Position numbers and translations under genes: made by a program. A DNA stretch of 64,000 bases from a virus (taxonomy: Duplodnaviria > Heunggongvirae > Uroviricota > Caudoviricetes), in IMG/VR virus record IMGVR_UViG_3300029570_000316; one strand, written 5' to 3'. Below are positions 9,017-16,886 of this stretch, piece by piece; position 1 is the first letter of the stretch, and the number at the start of each line of letters is the position of its first letter. The notes below the pieces were generated by a model. That model saw only the letters and a list, made by a program, of their open reading frames with translations. It was not told the origin of the DNA and made no database searches.

Positions 9017-10044
9017 CCCTCACCTCCTTTCCATTCATCAGTTGTGCCAAGAAGGTGTGCAGTTTCCTCGTTGTAAGGGATGCACTCATCAAAACGCATA
9101 CCTCCTACAGCTTCATACTTTCCACGTTTAAGTTGATATGCAAACTGGCAGAGACTCCAAGCAAAACATTCTTCTCCACGAATATCTCTCATCAAGCACC
9201 AATCCATAGGCTTGAACTCACACTTCTTTGACAAATCCACAATCTGTTTCTTCTCAGCATCCCAAGCTTTGCCTTCTTTGGCTAGAGCATCAAAGAGTTG
9301 CTGCTTTTCCGAGTCCGTGGCAAATCTTTTAATACGACTTATACGACTAAAAAATTCGCCTTCTACTTGGTTGATATATATATACTCATTACGCATATAA
9401 GCATGATAATATATCTTTCTAGTTAAACTAATTCCTCTGACAAGAACTATTGTACCCGAATCAGACATTACTATATCTCCATCCTTGAACTCAGGCTGAG
9501 GTTTCTCTACTTCCAAGGTCTCACGATTGAGATTACCGCCCAATCGCTCCTCGATGGTGCTGATGTAGGTCTGAACAGCATCTTTACCTGCTTTTTGGAA
9601 ATCAGAAGTTAGCAATCGTTCTTTTTCATAGAACTGTTCTGTATCATTATTCTCTTTCCAAAGATAATATTTCCCTAAGAAAGAGCAATATGTATCATCG
9701 ACAAATCTTTCAAATATAATATATACATCCCCATCTTTATTAACCAAGACATCGCCCTTTTTCCAATCGAATTTGCGCCAATCACGCATTTCCTTTGATG
9801 GAAAAACGACACATTCTCCATCATCATCCAATTTGCCGTTTTTATCAAGATACCCTTCTCCACCATTCATAAAACCAAATTTTGAATTATAGAAGGATAT
9901 TTTGAAACTTTTATCATCCACTTCTTCTAACTTGCATTTACCACAAGCGGAAGAATATAACTTCGTTCCTTGCGGCTTATCCTTTAGAATTTCCACTATA
10001 TTAATCTCAGTTTCCATAACTAAACCAATTTTTGCGTTAAACAA
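9013..10044 (-). CDS. hypothetical protein (paralog of 53122..54120)
   Basis: 343 aa; shares METEINI.EILKDKP, KPQPEFKDGDIV and a 31-aa identical block FATDSEKQQLFDALAKEGKAWDAEKKQIVDL with the 53.1 kb gene. Confidence 0.55.
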   Translation of the reverse strand: MFNAKIGLVMETEINIVEILKDKPQGTKLYSSACGKCKLEEVDDKSFKISFYNSKFGFMNGGEGYLDKNGKLDDDGECVVFPSKEMRDWRKFDWKKGDVLVNKDGDVYIIFERFVDDTYCSFLGKYYLWKENNDTEQFYEKERLLTSDFQKAGKDAVQTYISTIEERLGGNLNRETLEVEKPQPEFKDGDIVMSDSGTIVLVRGISLTRKIYYHAYMRNEYIYINQVEGEFFSRISRIKRFATDSEKQQLFDALAKEGKAWDAEKKQIVDLSKKCEFKPMDWCLMRDIRGEECFAWSLCQFAYQLKRGKYEAVGGMRFDECIPYNEETAHLLGTTDEWKGGEG

Positions 10045-10298
10045 TACTGGTAGTAACTCATACTACCAACGTTTTTTGATATTTTTGGCAGCTCACCATC
10101 ATAAGGAGTGACTTTCAAGCCATCAATGAAATCAGCATTCTCAGTTGATACCTCGGTATCATGCTCATTCATAAACACCTTTTGCGCTGTCGTAGAATGG
10201 CTTTCAGCTCTAAGCTTACCGAGTGACCGCCAAACCTGCTTGCTATGGATGAACAATCCATGCAAAGGAATAGTCTTTACTTCTACTTTTGTTCCCAT
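10020..10298 (-). CDS. hypothetical protein
   Basis: 92-aa minus ORF. Confidence 0.4.
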   Translation of the reverse strand: MGTKVEVKTIPLHGLFIHSKQVWRSLGKLRAESHSTTAQKVFMNEHDTEVSTENADFIDGLKVTPYDGELPKISKNVGSMSYYQYCLTQKLV

Positions 10299-10485
10299 AA
10301 CCTTTATTTTAATACATCTATTCTCTATCTAAATAAAACGGGGAATATCGCAATATTCTCATTTCTCTTCTCATCTCAATCTCTGCTAAACGATCAGCTT
10401 TATAAAGATTAATATATGGCTTATCTTTGAGATATTGAATAAATTCGACAACAGAATATTCTTTCTTTTCCATAACCTTAACCAT

Positions 10486-10686
10486 TTAAAGATGATAATA
10501 ACTATTTGATACCCTTGCGCCCAAATCGAAGCAGCCCACGGCATCAGGCTTTAAGAAGCGTTTCTCTAACTTCTCCAAAGCCACTTTATACTTCTGCTCC
10601 ATGTGCTTGCAATGTAGTCTCTGAGCTAATTTAAGTTGCTCAACAACACCCTTGCGAGCAACACTATATTGTTTGTCGGACATCAT
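10486..10686 (-). CDS. hypothetical protein
   Basis: 66-aa minus ORF. Confidence 0.35.
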   Translation of the reverse strand: MMSDKQYSVARKGVVEQLKLAQRLHCKHMEQKYKVALEKLEKRFLKPDAVGCFDLGARVSNSYYHL

Positions 10687-10691
10687 AGCCT

Positions 10692-10931
10692 TTATTCGTT
10701 CACATAGTTGATTACATGCTCTTGAGCTTGCTCATGCAAGTTGTCAAAAGCGTCTTCTATAACTTTGGCTGTCTGGTCGCCATTAAGGTTCTCCAGCATT
10801 TCGCTTACAACCTCTACCATCTTGTCTATAGGTAAGGAACAGAACTTATCAACTAAAAAGCTCTTCTGTTCACTGATTGTCATATCATCAAACAACTCCG
10901 ATAAATCTACTTCAACTTTATAATCTGCCAT
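10692..10931 (-). CDS. hypothetical acidic protein
   Basis: 79 aa, D/E-rich. Confidence 0.4.
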   Translation of the reverse strand: MADYKVEVDLSELFDDMTISEQKSFLVDKFCSLPIDKMVEVVSEMLENLNGDQTAKVIEDAFDNLHEQAQEHVINYVNE

Positions 10932-11089
10932 AATTTGAAATTTTAAAAGTAATTAGTTGTACCACACATCATTTGGCATAAGAGCCAATGTCCATCCATA
11001 CTCTAGTTCATACCTTAATATTTCAAGGTCGTGACTCATTACAGATGAAAGACCTACAAAGTTATTTTCGTACTCCATATCCAAACCAT

Positions 11090-11464
11090 TTAGTTACCAT
11101 ACTTGTAATGCAAATAATTAGCCTCTGAGCCGAAATAAAGCTCGGTATCGCTCATATTTGCCTCCGTCAAGTCATTCTCTACATCTTTATAAGTAGGCAC
11201 GCAATCCTTAACTCTTTGGCAGAACAAAGGATATTTTGAAGAAACGTCTTCTCCGTCTTCATTATAGATATTAATCTTATCTACATTGTAATATGGATAA
11301 GAAGAAATATTTCCATATGAATGGATAACCTTTCTACTCTTAACGGACACCACGATTTCAGCAGGTTTGTTAATAGCATCAAACTCGCAAGTAAAATCAT
11401 CAAGTTGCGCCTCAAAAGCCGCATCATTAAACTTTTCAGATAAGTTTTCAAAAAACTTTTTCAC
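11090..11464 (-). CDS. hypothetical protein (GTG start)
   Basis: 124 aa; lies downstream of repeat cassette copy A (terminator-promoter-5'UTR hairpin). Confidence 0.45.
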   Translation of the reverse strand: MKKFFENLSEKFNDAAFEAQLDDFTCEFDAINKPAEIVVSVKSRKVIHSYGNISSYPYYNVDKINIYNEDGEDVSSKYPLFCQRVKDCVPTYKDVENDLTEANMSDTELYFGSEANYLHYKYGN

Positions 11465-11474
11465 TTTCTTCTTA

Positions 11475-11581
11475 CAGTTTTTATGGTGTGTCTCACCATT
11501 TTTAATTAGTAACCTTTATTTCTTAATTACGATGCAAAGATACAAAGAATATTCGAAATATGCAAGTTATTTAATGTATTT
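11475..11581 (-). repeat. repeat cassette A (5'UTR hairpin + Bacteroidota-type promoter), about 107 bp
   Basis: Shares CAGTTTTTATGGTGTGTCTCACCATTTTTAATTAGTAACC...ATGCAAAGATACAAAGAATAT..GAAATATGCAAGTTATTTAATGT.TTTCTT with the copies at 32747 and 61272. Confidence 0.7.
11531..11541 (-). promoter_or_regulatory. Bacteroidota -7 promoter motif (TAtcTTTGcat on minus strand)
   Basis: Plus text ATGCAAAGATA is the reverse complement of the TAnnTTTG consensus; precedes gene 11090..11464. Same motif at 32794-32804 and 61327-61337. Confidence 0.5.
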
Positions 11582-11636
11582 CTTATAGATTTTAACACTC
11601 TATAATAACACAAACAAATAATTTGCTGACGTTAAC

Positions 11637-11678
11637 ACAAAAATCCCCACCACTACATTATTATATATAGTGATGGGG
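11637..11678 (-). terminator. terminator hairpin (part of repeat cassette A)
   Basis: CCCCATCACTA...TAGTGGTGGGG imperfect palindrome followed by ATTTTTGTG on the minus strand; same element at 61434..61473. Confidence 0.45.
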
Positions 11679-11707
11679 TAAACACCAAATGGTATTTTGC
11701 CTTTGGG

Positions 11708-12103
11708 CTATTTTTCTTCCTTATCTACAATTTCAACGAAATCTCCAATGCCCAAACGAGCCTTGTTGATGCAAGACGCAATCCAACCTATCAAGTAAGC
11801 AGAAGGCTCGTCTCCGTGTTCCATACCAATAGCGTCCTCGATGGCATCGCAAGCGTGAGAAGCCTCATGGCAGCAGTAGTCCATTGACATATCCTTCGAG
11901 CACTGGAACGAAACAAGAACACCGCGCCTTCTGTCGCTTTTCCTGACAGCATCGGCATACGTAACGCCGCCGTAATCACTATCGGGAGCATTGCACTTGT
12001 CAAAACAGGAATCTATCAGCTCTTTCAGGTCTTTACCGATGTGTACCCAAAGTTTCAAAGGGTAGATTCCGTTTCCGTATTCGTAATATCCTTTCTTCTT
12101 CAT
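11708..12103 (-). CDS. HExxH-motif putative Zn-metallopeptidase (paralog of 5843..6244)
   Basis: 131 aa; CCHEASHACD (HExxH) plus SAYLIGWI. Confidence 0.4.
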   Translation of the reverse strand: MKKKGYYEYGNGIYPLKLWVHIGKDLKELIDSCFDKCNAPDSDYGGVTYADAVRKSDRRRGVLVSFQCSKDMSMDYCCHEASHACDAIEDAIGMEHGDEPSAYLIGWIASCINKARLGIGDFVEIVDKEEK

Positions 12104-12384
12104 ACCTCATCGTTTTTATGTTTTTCCCATCCTGCTTTTGAAAAGGCATACCAAGTATCACAAATATCAAGAGCGAGAATGTAGCCTTGGTTAATACAAA
12201 AATCGCTATCAAAGCCTTCGATATGAACATACATCAGTGCTATAGTATCATAAGGAACGCTACGACCTTCAAGACAAGGGTTTTTAAAATTCTTAGTCTT
12301 GTATAAACTTGTAACAATTGGCACTTGAAGAACGTCTGAAATATTCTTAGTGCTAATCTCTATCGACTTCTTAAACTTCTTCAT
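12100..12384 (-). CDS. hypothetical protein
   Basis: 94-aa minus ORF. Confidence 0.4.
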   Translation of the reverse strand: MKKFKKSIEISTKNISDVLQVPIVTSLYKTKNFKNPCLEGRSVPYDTIALMYVHIEGFDSDFCINQGYILALDICDTWYAFSKAGWEKHKNDEV

Positions 12385-12392
12385 ATTCTCAA

Positions 12393-12779
12393 CTATTTAA
12401 ATTTCTCGAAATAGAACTCAATAGGTCTATCAAAGTGCTCTTCAATTAAACCATAAGCAAGCGACATCTTTACTTGGAAAGAAGCCTTACCATTAAGCAA
12501 TCCTTTAGCCTGTCTTGTAATCTCTGAGCGAAATTGTTCCAAACTCATATCACGCTTACGAAGATTACAAGACCTGCAAGATGGCATATAGTTCTCCATG
12601 GTATCATCGCCATGGGATACGACAAACTTTCCCGCCTTGTCGCTCCACCGAGAGTAACACCCTCGATTCTTCGGAACAAGATGGTCAACCTGCATATCCT
12701 TATACTCTATACTCTTGCCGCAATAAGCACAATGACCATCGTATTTGCGATATATTTTAAGTCTATCTTCTTTTTTCAT
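12393..12779 (-). CDS. HNH endonuclease
   Basis: 128 aa; CAYCGK...VDHLVPK...SCRSCN HNH motif. Confidence 0.7.
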   Translation of the reverse strand: MKKEDRLKIYRKYDGHCAYCGKSIEYKDMQVDHLVPKNRGCYSRWSDKAGKFVVSHGDDTMENYMPSCRSCNLRKRDMSLEQFRSEITRQAKGLLNGKASFQVKMSLAYGLIEEHFDRPIEFYFEKFK

Positions 12780-12862
12780 ATTTTCTACTATTTATGTTTT
12801 AAAATAACGCTGACTGCGCTTGTTGTGTAGAGTTTGTGTTGCTTGTAATGAGAGTTACAGCC

Positions 12863-13144
12863 TTATAAGAATTTTACGGGCTGACATTCATCGATTAACT
12901 TGCGTGCTTCTTTAGCACACTCAGCCACGCATTTTTCGACTGCTTCTGTGATGTCTTGGATTTGCCCCTCACGCATATTGCCGTATTTATCGCAAGTATC
13001 GGCTATTATTTTGTAGAGAACACGATTTTGCAAAGCCTCCATATAGTCTACAAAATCCTTGCAAGTTTTGCGTCGAGGTTCTTGCACCCAATCAAGAAAG
13101 TCCTTCTTCCAGTCTTTCCATGTTTTGATTTTTATTACTATCAT
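12863..13144 (-). CDS. hypothetical protein
   Basis: 93-aa minus ORF. Confidence 0.4.
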   Translation of the reverse strand: MIVIKIKTWKDWKKDFLDWVQEPRRKTCKDFVDYMEALQNRVLYKIIADTCDKYGNMREGQIQDITEAVEKCVAECAKEARKLIDECQPVKFL

Positions 13145-13159
13145 TGCTGTTTATATTTT

Positions 13160-13378
13160 TTATTTGTTGTTCTTGTGCCCTATATGATATTTGTTGCATA
13201 TCCTACACCGATACACCGCCATACCTTGTGCCCGTAACTTCGGATTCTGATTCAGAAACTCCCAAGCATCATCCTCGCTTTCATAAGCGACCTTCGCCTT
13301 CCAAGATTGACCCTTTCTAACCCAATGCTCAGGATCTGGATGCAAATGACGAGGAATACATTTATTTCTTTTCTTCAT
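13160..13378 (-). CDS. small zinc-binding protein
   Basis: 72 aa; CRICNKYHIGH motif. Confidence 0.35.
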   Translation of the reverse strand: MKKRNKCIPRHLHPDPEHWVRKGQSWKAKVAYESEDDAWEFLNQNPKLRAQGMAVYRCRICNKYHIGHKNNK

Positions 13379-14004
13379 AACTTCTTCAGAAATTTAAGTT
13401 GAAACCCTTCTGCCTTTTTTATTCCTGGGTATAGCTTCGTTAGAACCTCCCATGCTCTTGTCTTGTGCCGATGCCACATCGTAACCGGATGCACACGCTC
13501 ACCACTTGGTAACACATAGAAATCTGCCTTAATGGTATCAATATGCTCATAGTTTGCAGCTTTATATATAGTTCCCTTGTTACCTATGGACGTATCGGCA
13601 TAAGATATAAGGTACTTGATTTCCTTATGTGTTGCCCTAATATACTTATGCAAGAGAGATAGGCAAATCGTCTCGCTAAACTTTGGCATATCATCAGACA
13701 ACCACATTCTGTCAAATTCCCTCACTTGATGGTAATCCAACACTTCGCCCTTTTCAGCCTTGATGTGCGGTCGGATTCCATACCCTATTTGCATTGCACC
13801 CCTTATCTTATCCTTATACAATACCAAAAGATTCAAGCAACTATTCTTCGTTACCTTGTGTGAAAAGTGATGAGGAACTATGATTGCATCTGCTTGCGCC
13901 TTATCGCACTCCATCAGCTTTATTCCCTTTTCCTTGCATTCGTAACCGATAACAAATCCGCAGAAGCCTAGCACTGGAGACTTGTTCAACTTTCTTCTTC
14001 TCAT
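13375..14004 (-). CDS. hypothetical protein, candidate DNA-modification enzyme (Mom/GNAT-like?)
   Basis: 209 aa at the head of the methyltransferase cluster; AMQIGYGIRP resembles a GNAT Q/RxxGxG/A motif. Function is not established from sequence alone. Confidence 0.3.
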   Translation of the reverse strand: MRRRKLNKSPVLGFCGFVIGYECKEKGIKLMECDKAQADAIIVPHHFSHKVTKNSCLNLLVLYKDKIRGAMQIGYGIRPHIKAEKGEVLDYHQVREFDRMWLSDDMPKFSETICLSLLHKYIRATHKEIKYLISYADTSIGNKGTIYKAANYEHIDTIKADFYVLPSGERVHPVTMWHRHKTRAWEVLTKLYPGIKKAEGFQLKFLKKL

Positions 14005-14005
14005 A

Positions 14006-14230
14006 TCAATGATACCTCCAAAAATAACGTTTGAAATTATCTAGCAAATGCTCTATACAAGCTTTGATTTCGCCTTCTCTCAAGAATCGGTTGCAAAAAC
14101 CTATCAATTCATCACGTACCAACCCTCGTTTTAAGGCTTTGTCTCTCATAGCTCTTATAAGAGCATCCGTTGTTTCTTTATTCCCATTTCTTACAACAGG
14201 ATTGCAACAAAACACCTTGCACATATCCAT
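14006..14230 (-). CDS. hypothetical protein
   Basis: 74-aa minus ORF. Confidence 0.4.
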   Translation of the reverse strand: MDMCKVFCCNPVVRNGNKETTDALIRAMRDKALKRGLVRDELIGFCNRFLREGEIKACIEHLLDNFKRYFWRYH

Positions 14231-14234
14231 AGTT

Positions 14235-14951
14235 TCAAAACAGACTTAACTGCCTACTCATATTCTTTAATTCGTTATTAGCAAAATCTACTTGACGCTG
14301 GTCTATTTCAAAGCCTATATACTTTCTTTCAAGGTTTACGCAAGCTCTTGCCGTTGTACCGCTCCCCATGAATGGGTCTAGAACAACATCACCAACATTT
14401 GTCGAGTTTCTAATTAATATCTCCATCAACTTTACAGGTTTTTCAGTCTGATTAATCAAACCATCCTTATCCTTGCGCTTGTTGGTTGGAATAGGAACAC
14501 TCAGAATGTCAGATGTACCACATTCATTTATCTGTCTATCACCACCTTTGCGTAGCATGATGATATACTCTTTCTGTGCCATATAATAGCGGCCACATAT
14601 TTTTGCGCACTTATCCCATATTAAGCATTTGGTAAAATGGAACTCACTCTTTCCTACCACATCAAGAAAGTGCATTAAATTATAATCATTACACATAAGA
14701 TAGCAATGCGACCTGTCCTTTAATATCCGGTACAAATCATTGATGTAGTCCGAAATATCAATATCGTTACTCTTGAATATTTTGCCCTTTCTTGTTTGAG
14801 ATTCCGTCCAATATCCTCCCATACTCCCTGAGCCACCCCTAGACTGAACCGGATAAGCCACATCGGAACATACGAGGTCTATGCTATCACTATCAATCAG
14901 CTTTAAAAGCTTTCGACAATCACCTTGATAAATTCTATTTAACTCCAGCAT
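14235..14951 (-). CDS. beta-class N6-adenine/N4-cytosine DNA methyltransferase
   Basis: Motif I DPFMGSGTT and an NQTEKP motif; atypical motif IV (SDVAYP). Start trimmed to the internal Met (MLELNRIYQGD), because the upstream ORF extension overlaps the preceding gene. Confidence 0.7.
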   Translation of the reverse strand: MLELNRIYQGDCRKLLKLIDSDSIDLVCSDVAYPVQSRGGSGSMGGYWTESQTRKGKIFKSNDIDISDYINDLYRILKDRSHCYLMCNDYNLMHFLDVVGKSEFHFTKCLIWDKCAKICGRYYMAQKEYIIMLRKGGDRQINECGTSDILSVPIPTNKRKDKDGLINQTEKPVKLMEILIRNSTNVGDVVLDPFMGSGTTARACVNLERKYIGFEIDQRQVDFANNELKNMSRQLSLF

Positions 14952-15648
14952 ATCCAAACATATCTTTTTGATTAAACAATTCTTCCTTAATTCTTCTTTG
15001 TGCCACCTTGAAATAATCCTCATCCAATTCAAAACCAAGGTAATTCCGATTTGTCCGCATACAAGCCAGAGCAGTACTTGCGCTGCCCATAAAGCCATCA
15101 AACACCAAATCGCCTTCATTTGATGATTTCAAGATGCATTGCATAAGCAAGGGGATTGGTTTCTCGTTCTAATGTACCAATTTATCTGATGGAACTCTAT
15201 CAAAGTCCCAAACATCCTCTAAACGCTTGCCGTTTATGGTTCGTCTGCCTTTATTCAAGTACAGGATTGGCTCGTAACATTGACCATATTGCGCCTCTAA
15301 ATCTCCAGCCGTATGGTTGTTCTTTCGCCAAATGAGCACATTCTTAATGGTAAACCCTGCATTCCTCGCTTGTTGCATAAAAAAGTCCAAGGTCTTAGCA
15401 CTACAGAAGATATAAGCAGCACTATCATCCTTCAAGATCCGGTAGCATTCGCTCATATAATCAATAATCAATTGCTCATTATCGTCATTGAGTATTTCCT
15501 TCGAAAAACGATGGTCGTCTGCTCTCCATCCCGTCTTATAGGAGATACAATATGGTGGGTCAGTAACAATTAAATCTACTTTCCCGCTCTCTATTTGTTT
15601 CATTCCTTCTATGCAGTCGGAATTGTATATTCTATCAAATTCAAGCAT
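14935..15648 (-). pseudogene. beta-class N6A/N4C DNA methyltransferase interrupted by a single in-frame TAG
   Basis: ORF 15169..15648 carries motif IV (TDPPYCISY); ORF 14935..15150 carries (E)KP and motif I (FDGFMGSAST). The two are in the same frame, separated only by TAG at 15169-15171. The interruption falls in the conserved H-x-x-x-KP region. Confidence 0.55.
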
Positions 15649-15649
15649 A

Positions 15650-16171
15650 TCAAATCTCTTTTATAGCGTTAATATAAGCTTCATGAGCCTCTTGTTGCGT
15701 ATCAAAGCAACCTATATATATTTTCTTTTTACCTATCTGATACTGCGCTTGCCATTTTCTTACACTCTTATTCCAAGTCACACCCAAATATTCGGAAGAG
15801 GTTTTCTTTGCTATAGCAGAATAAATCACATTGTATCTTGCGGTGCAATACTCCAAGTTGTCTACATCGTTATTCGTCTTGTCGAAATCCTTATGATTCA
15901 CCATCGGCAACGCTTCTGGATTCTCCAAGAAAGCCTGAGCTACCAAACGATGGATATAAAACATCTTGCGCTTTCCGTTCTTGTAAAGCCATACCTTCAG
16001 ATAACCTTTTGGTGTCTTGCAAGGTACGATTTCCTTTAATTGAGACGTTCTCCCAATAGTAAAAACATGTCCCAGCTTGCTAACATAATACCTTTCGTAA
16101 TTCTTTATAGGCTTTATATCACCAAGAAACCTTGTTATACATTTATCTTTCATTGTTACCTCCTTTTTCAA
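15650..16171 (-). CDS. HNH (HNH_3) homing endonuclease with NUMOD4-like N-terminus and C-terminal AP2 domain
   Basis: 173 aa. NYERYYVSKLGHVFT (NUMOD4-like); VNHKDFDKTNNDVDNLEY (HNH_3); YLGVTWNKSVRKWQAQ...EAHEAY (AP2). Confidence 0.75.
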   Translation of the reverse strand: MKKEVTMKDKCITRFLGDIKPIKNYERYYVSKLGHVFTIGRTSQLKEIVPCKTPKGYLKVWLYKNGKRKMFYIHRLVAQAFLENPEALPMVNHKDFDKTNNDVDNLEYCTARYNVIYSAIAKKTSSEYLGVTWNKSVRKWQAQYQIGKKKIYIGCFDTQQEAHEAYINAIKEI

Positions 16172-16886
16172 AGAAACTTGAATATATGGCTTGCGCCTCC
16201 TTTGTATCTAGCAAATCAATATCATTGTAAAACCTTCTGTACACAACGCACAGCCTTTCGTCATTTCCGGTTTCTCTTGCTTTAGCTATTTGCTGACAAG
16301 ACTCCATGAGAAATGCACTTATCTTCTCATAACTTCGCTTCTGTGTCTTCTTTAGCATATCCATGCTTACAAAGGTTTTGTAATGGATGATATGCTTTTC
16401 TTGCTCGTATTCTGTGAGTATAAGCCCTTCCGGAATAGCAAATACTACTCTTCTTGTCTTGTCATCACTATAGAGCTGAACAGCACCTGTAAACGATGTA
16501 TATATCTTTTGCAATATCTTGAGAATCGGTAAGTCTTTTTTCAAAAACCTTTCTGCAAATCTCTTCAGAAAATGAACGCTCATAGCAAAACAATCTTCGC
16601 TATACCCCTCGTTTCTACTCATAGGAATATACTCGTTGGTTTCCTTCAGATAAATGAACAAACCGGAAGCAAATACATCGCCATGTTTTACACCTACAAC
16701 GATGAAATAATCGGCATTAGGTGTAGCAAGCTCAAAGGTCTTTGTTATTTGTCTTACGTTCTGCTTTCTCATTTCACGTTTAAGCTCATTAGCTTTTCGC
16801 ATCTGAAACTCATAGATTCTAGCTTCATCTAAGTTTCGTACTCTACGCATCTCTCCCGATGTCATACTTGCTGTTATCATGCGCAT
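16143..16886 (-). CDS. hypothetical protein
   Basis: 247 aa between the homing endonuclease and the C5 methyltransferase; no motif recognised. Confidence 0.45.
   Translation of the reverse strand: MRMITASMTSGEMRRVRNLDEARIYEFQMRKANELKREMRKQNVRQITKTFELATPNADYFIVVGVKHGDVFASGLFIYLKETNEYIPMSRNEGYSEDCFAMSVHFLKRFAERFLKKDLPILKILQKIYTSFTGAVQLYSDDKTRRVVFAIPEGLILTEYEQEKHIIHYKTFVSMDMLKKTQKRSYEKISAFLMESCQQIAKARETGNDERLCVVYRRFYNDIDLLDTKEAQAIYSSFFEKGGNNER

Noticed and set aside
15169-15171. Hypothesis that the in-frame TAG in the methyltransferase reflects stop-codon reassignment (TAG read as Gln, as in some Bacteroidota phages)
   Set aside because: At least a dozen genes in this window terminate with TAG. 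These include the putative capsid gene (21871-21873), the second methyltransferase (14935-14937), and a tandem TAG-TAG at 3720-3725. No CUA-anticodon tRNA was found in the tRNA array. Standard code therefore applies, and the internal TAG is a nonsense codon.
16143-16886. 247-aa ORF next to the C5 methyltransferase as a cognate restriction endonuclease
   Set aside because: No PD-(D/E)xK, HNH, GIY-YIG or other nuclease motif was recognisable in the translation. An active restriction enzyme next to a frameshift-inactivated methyltransferase would be lethal. It is kept as a hypothetical protein.
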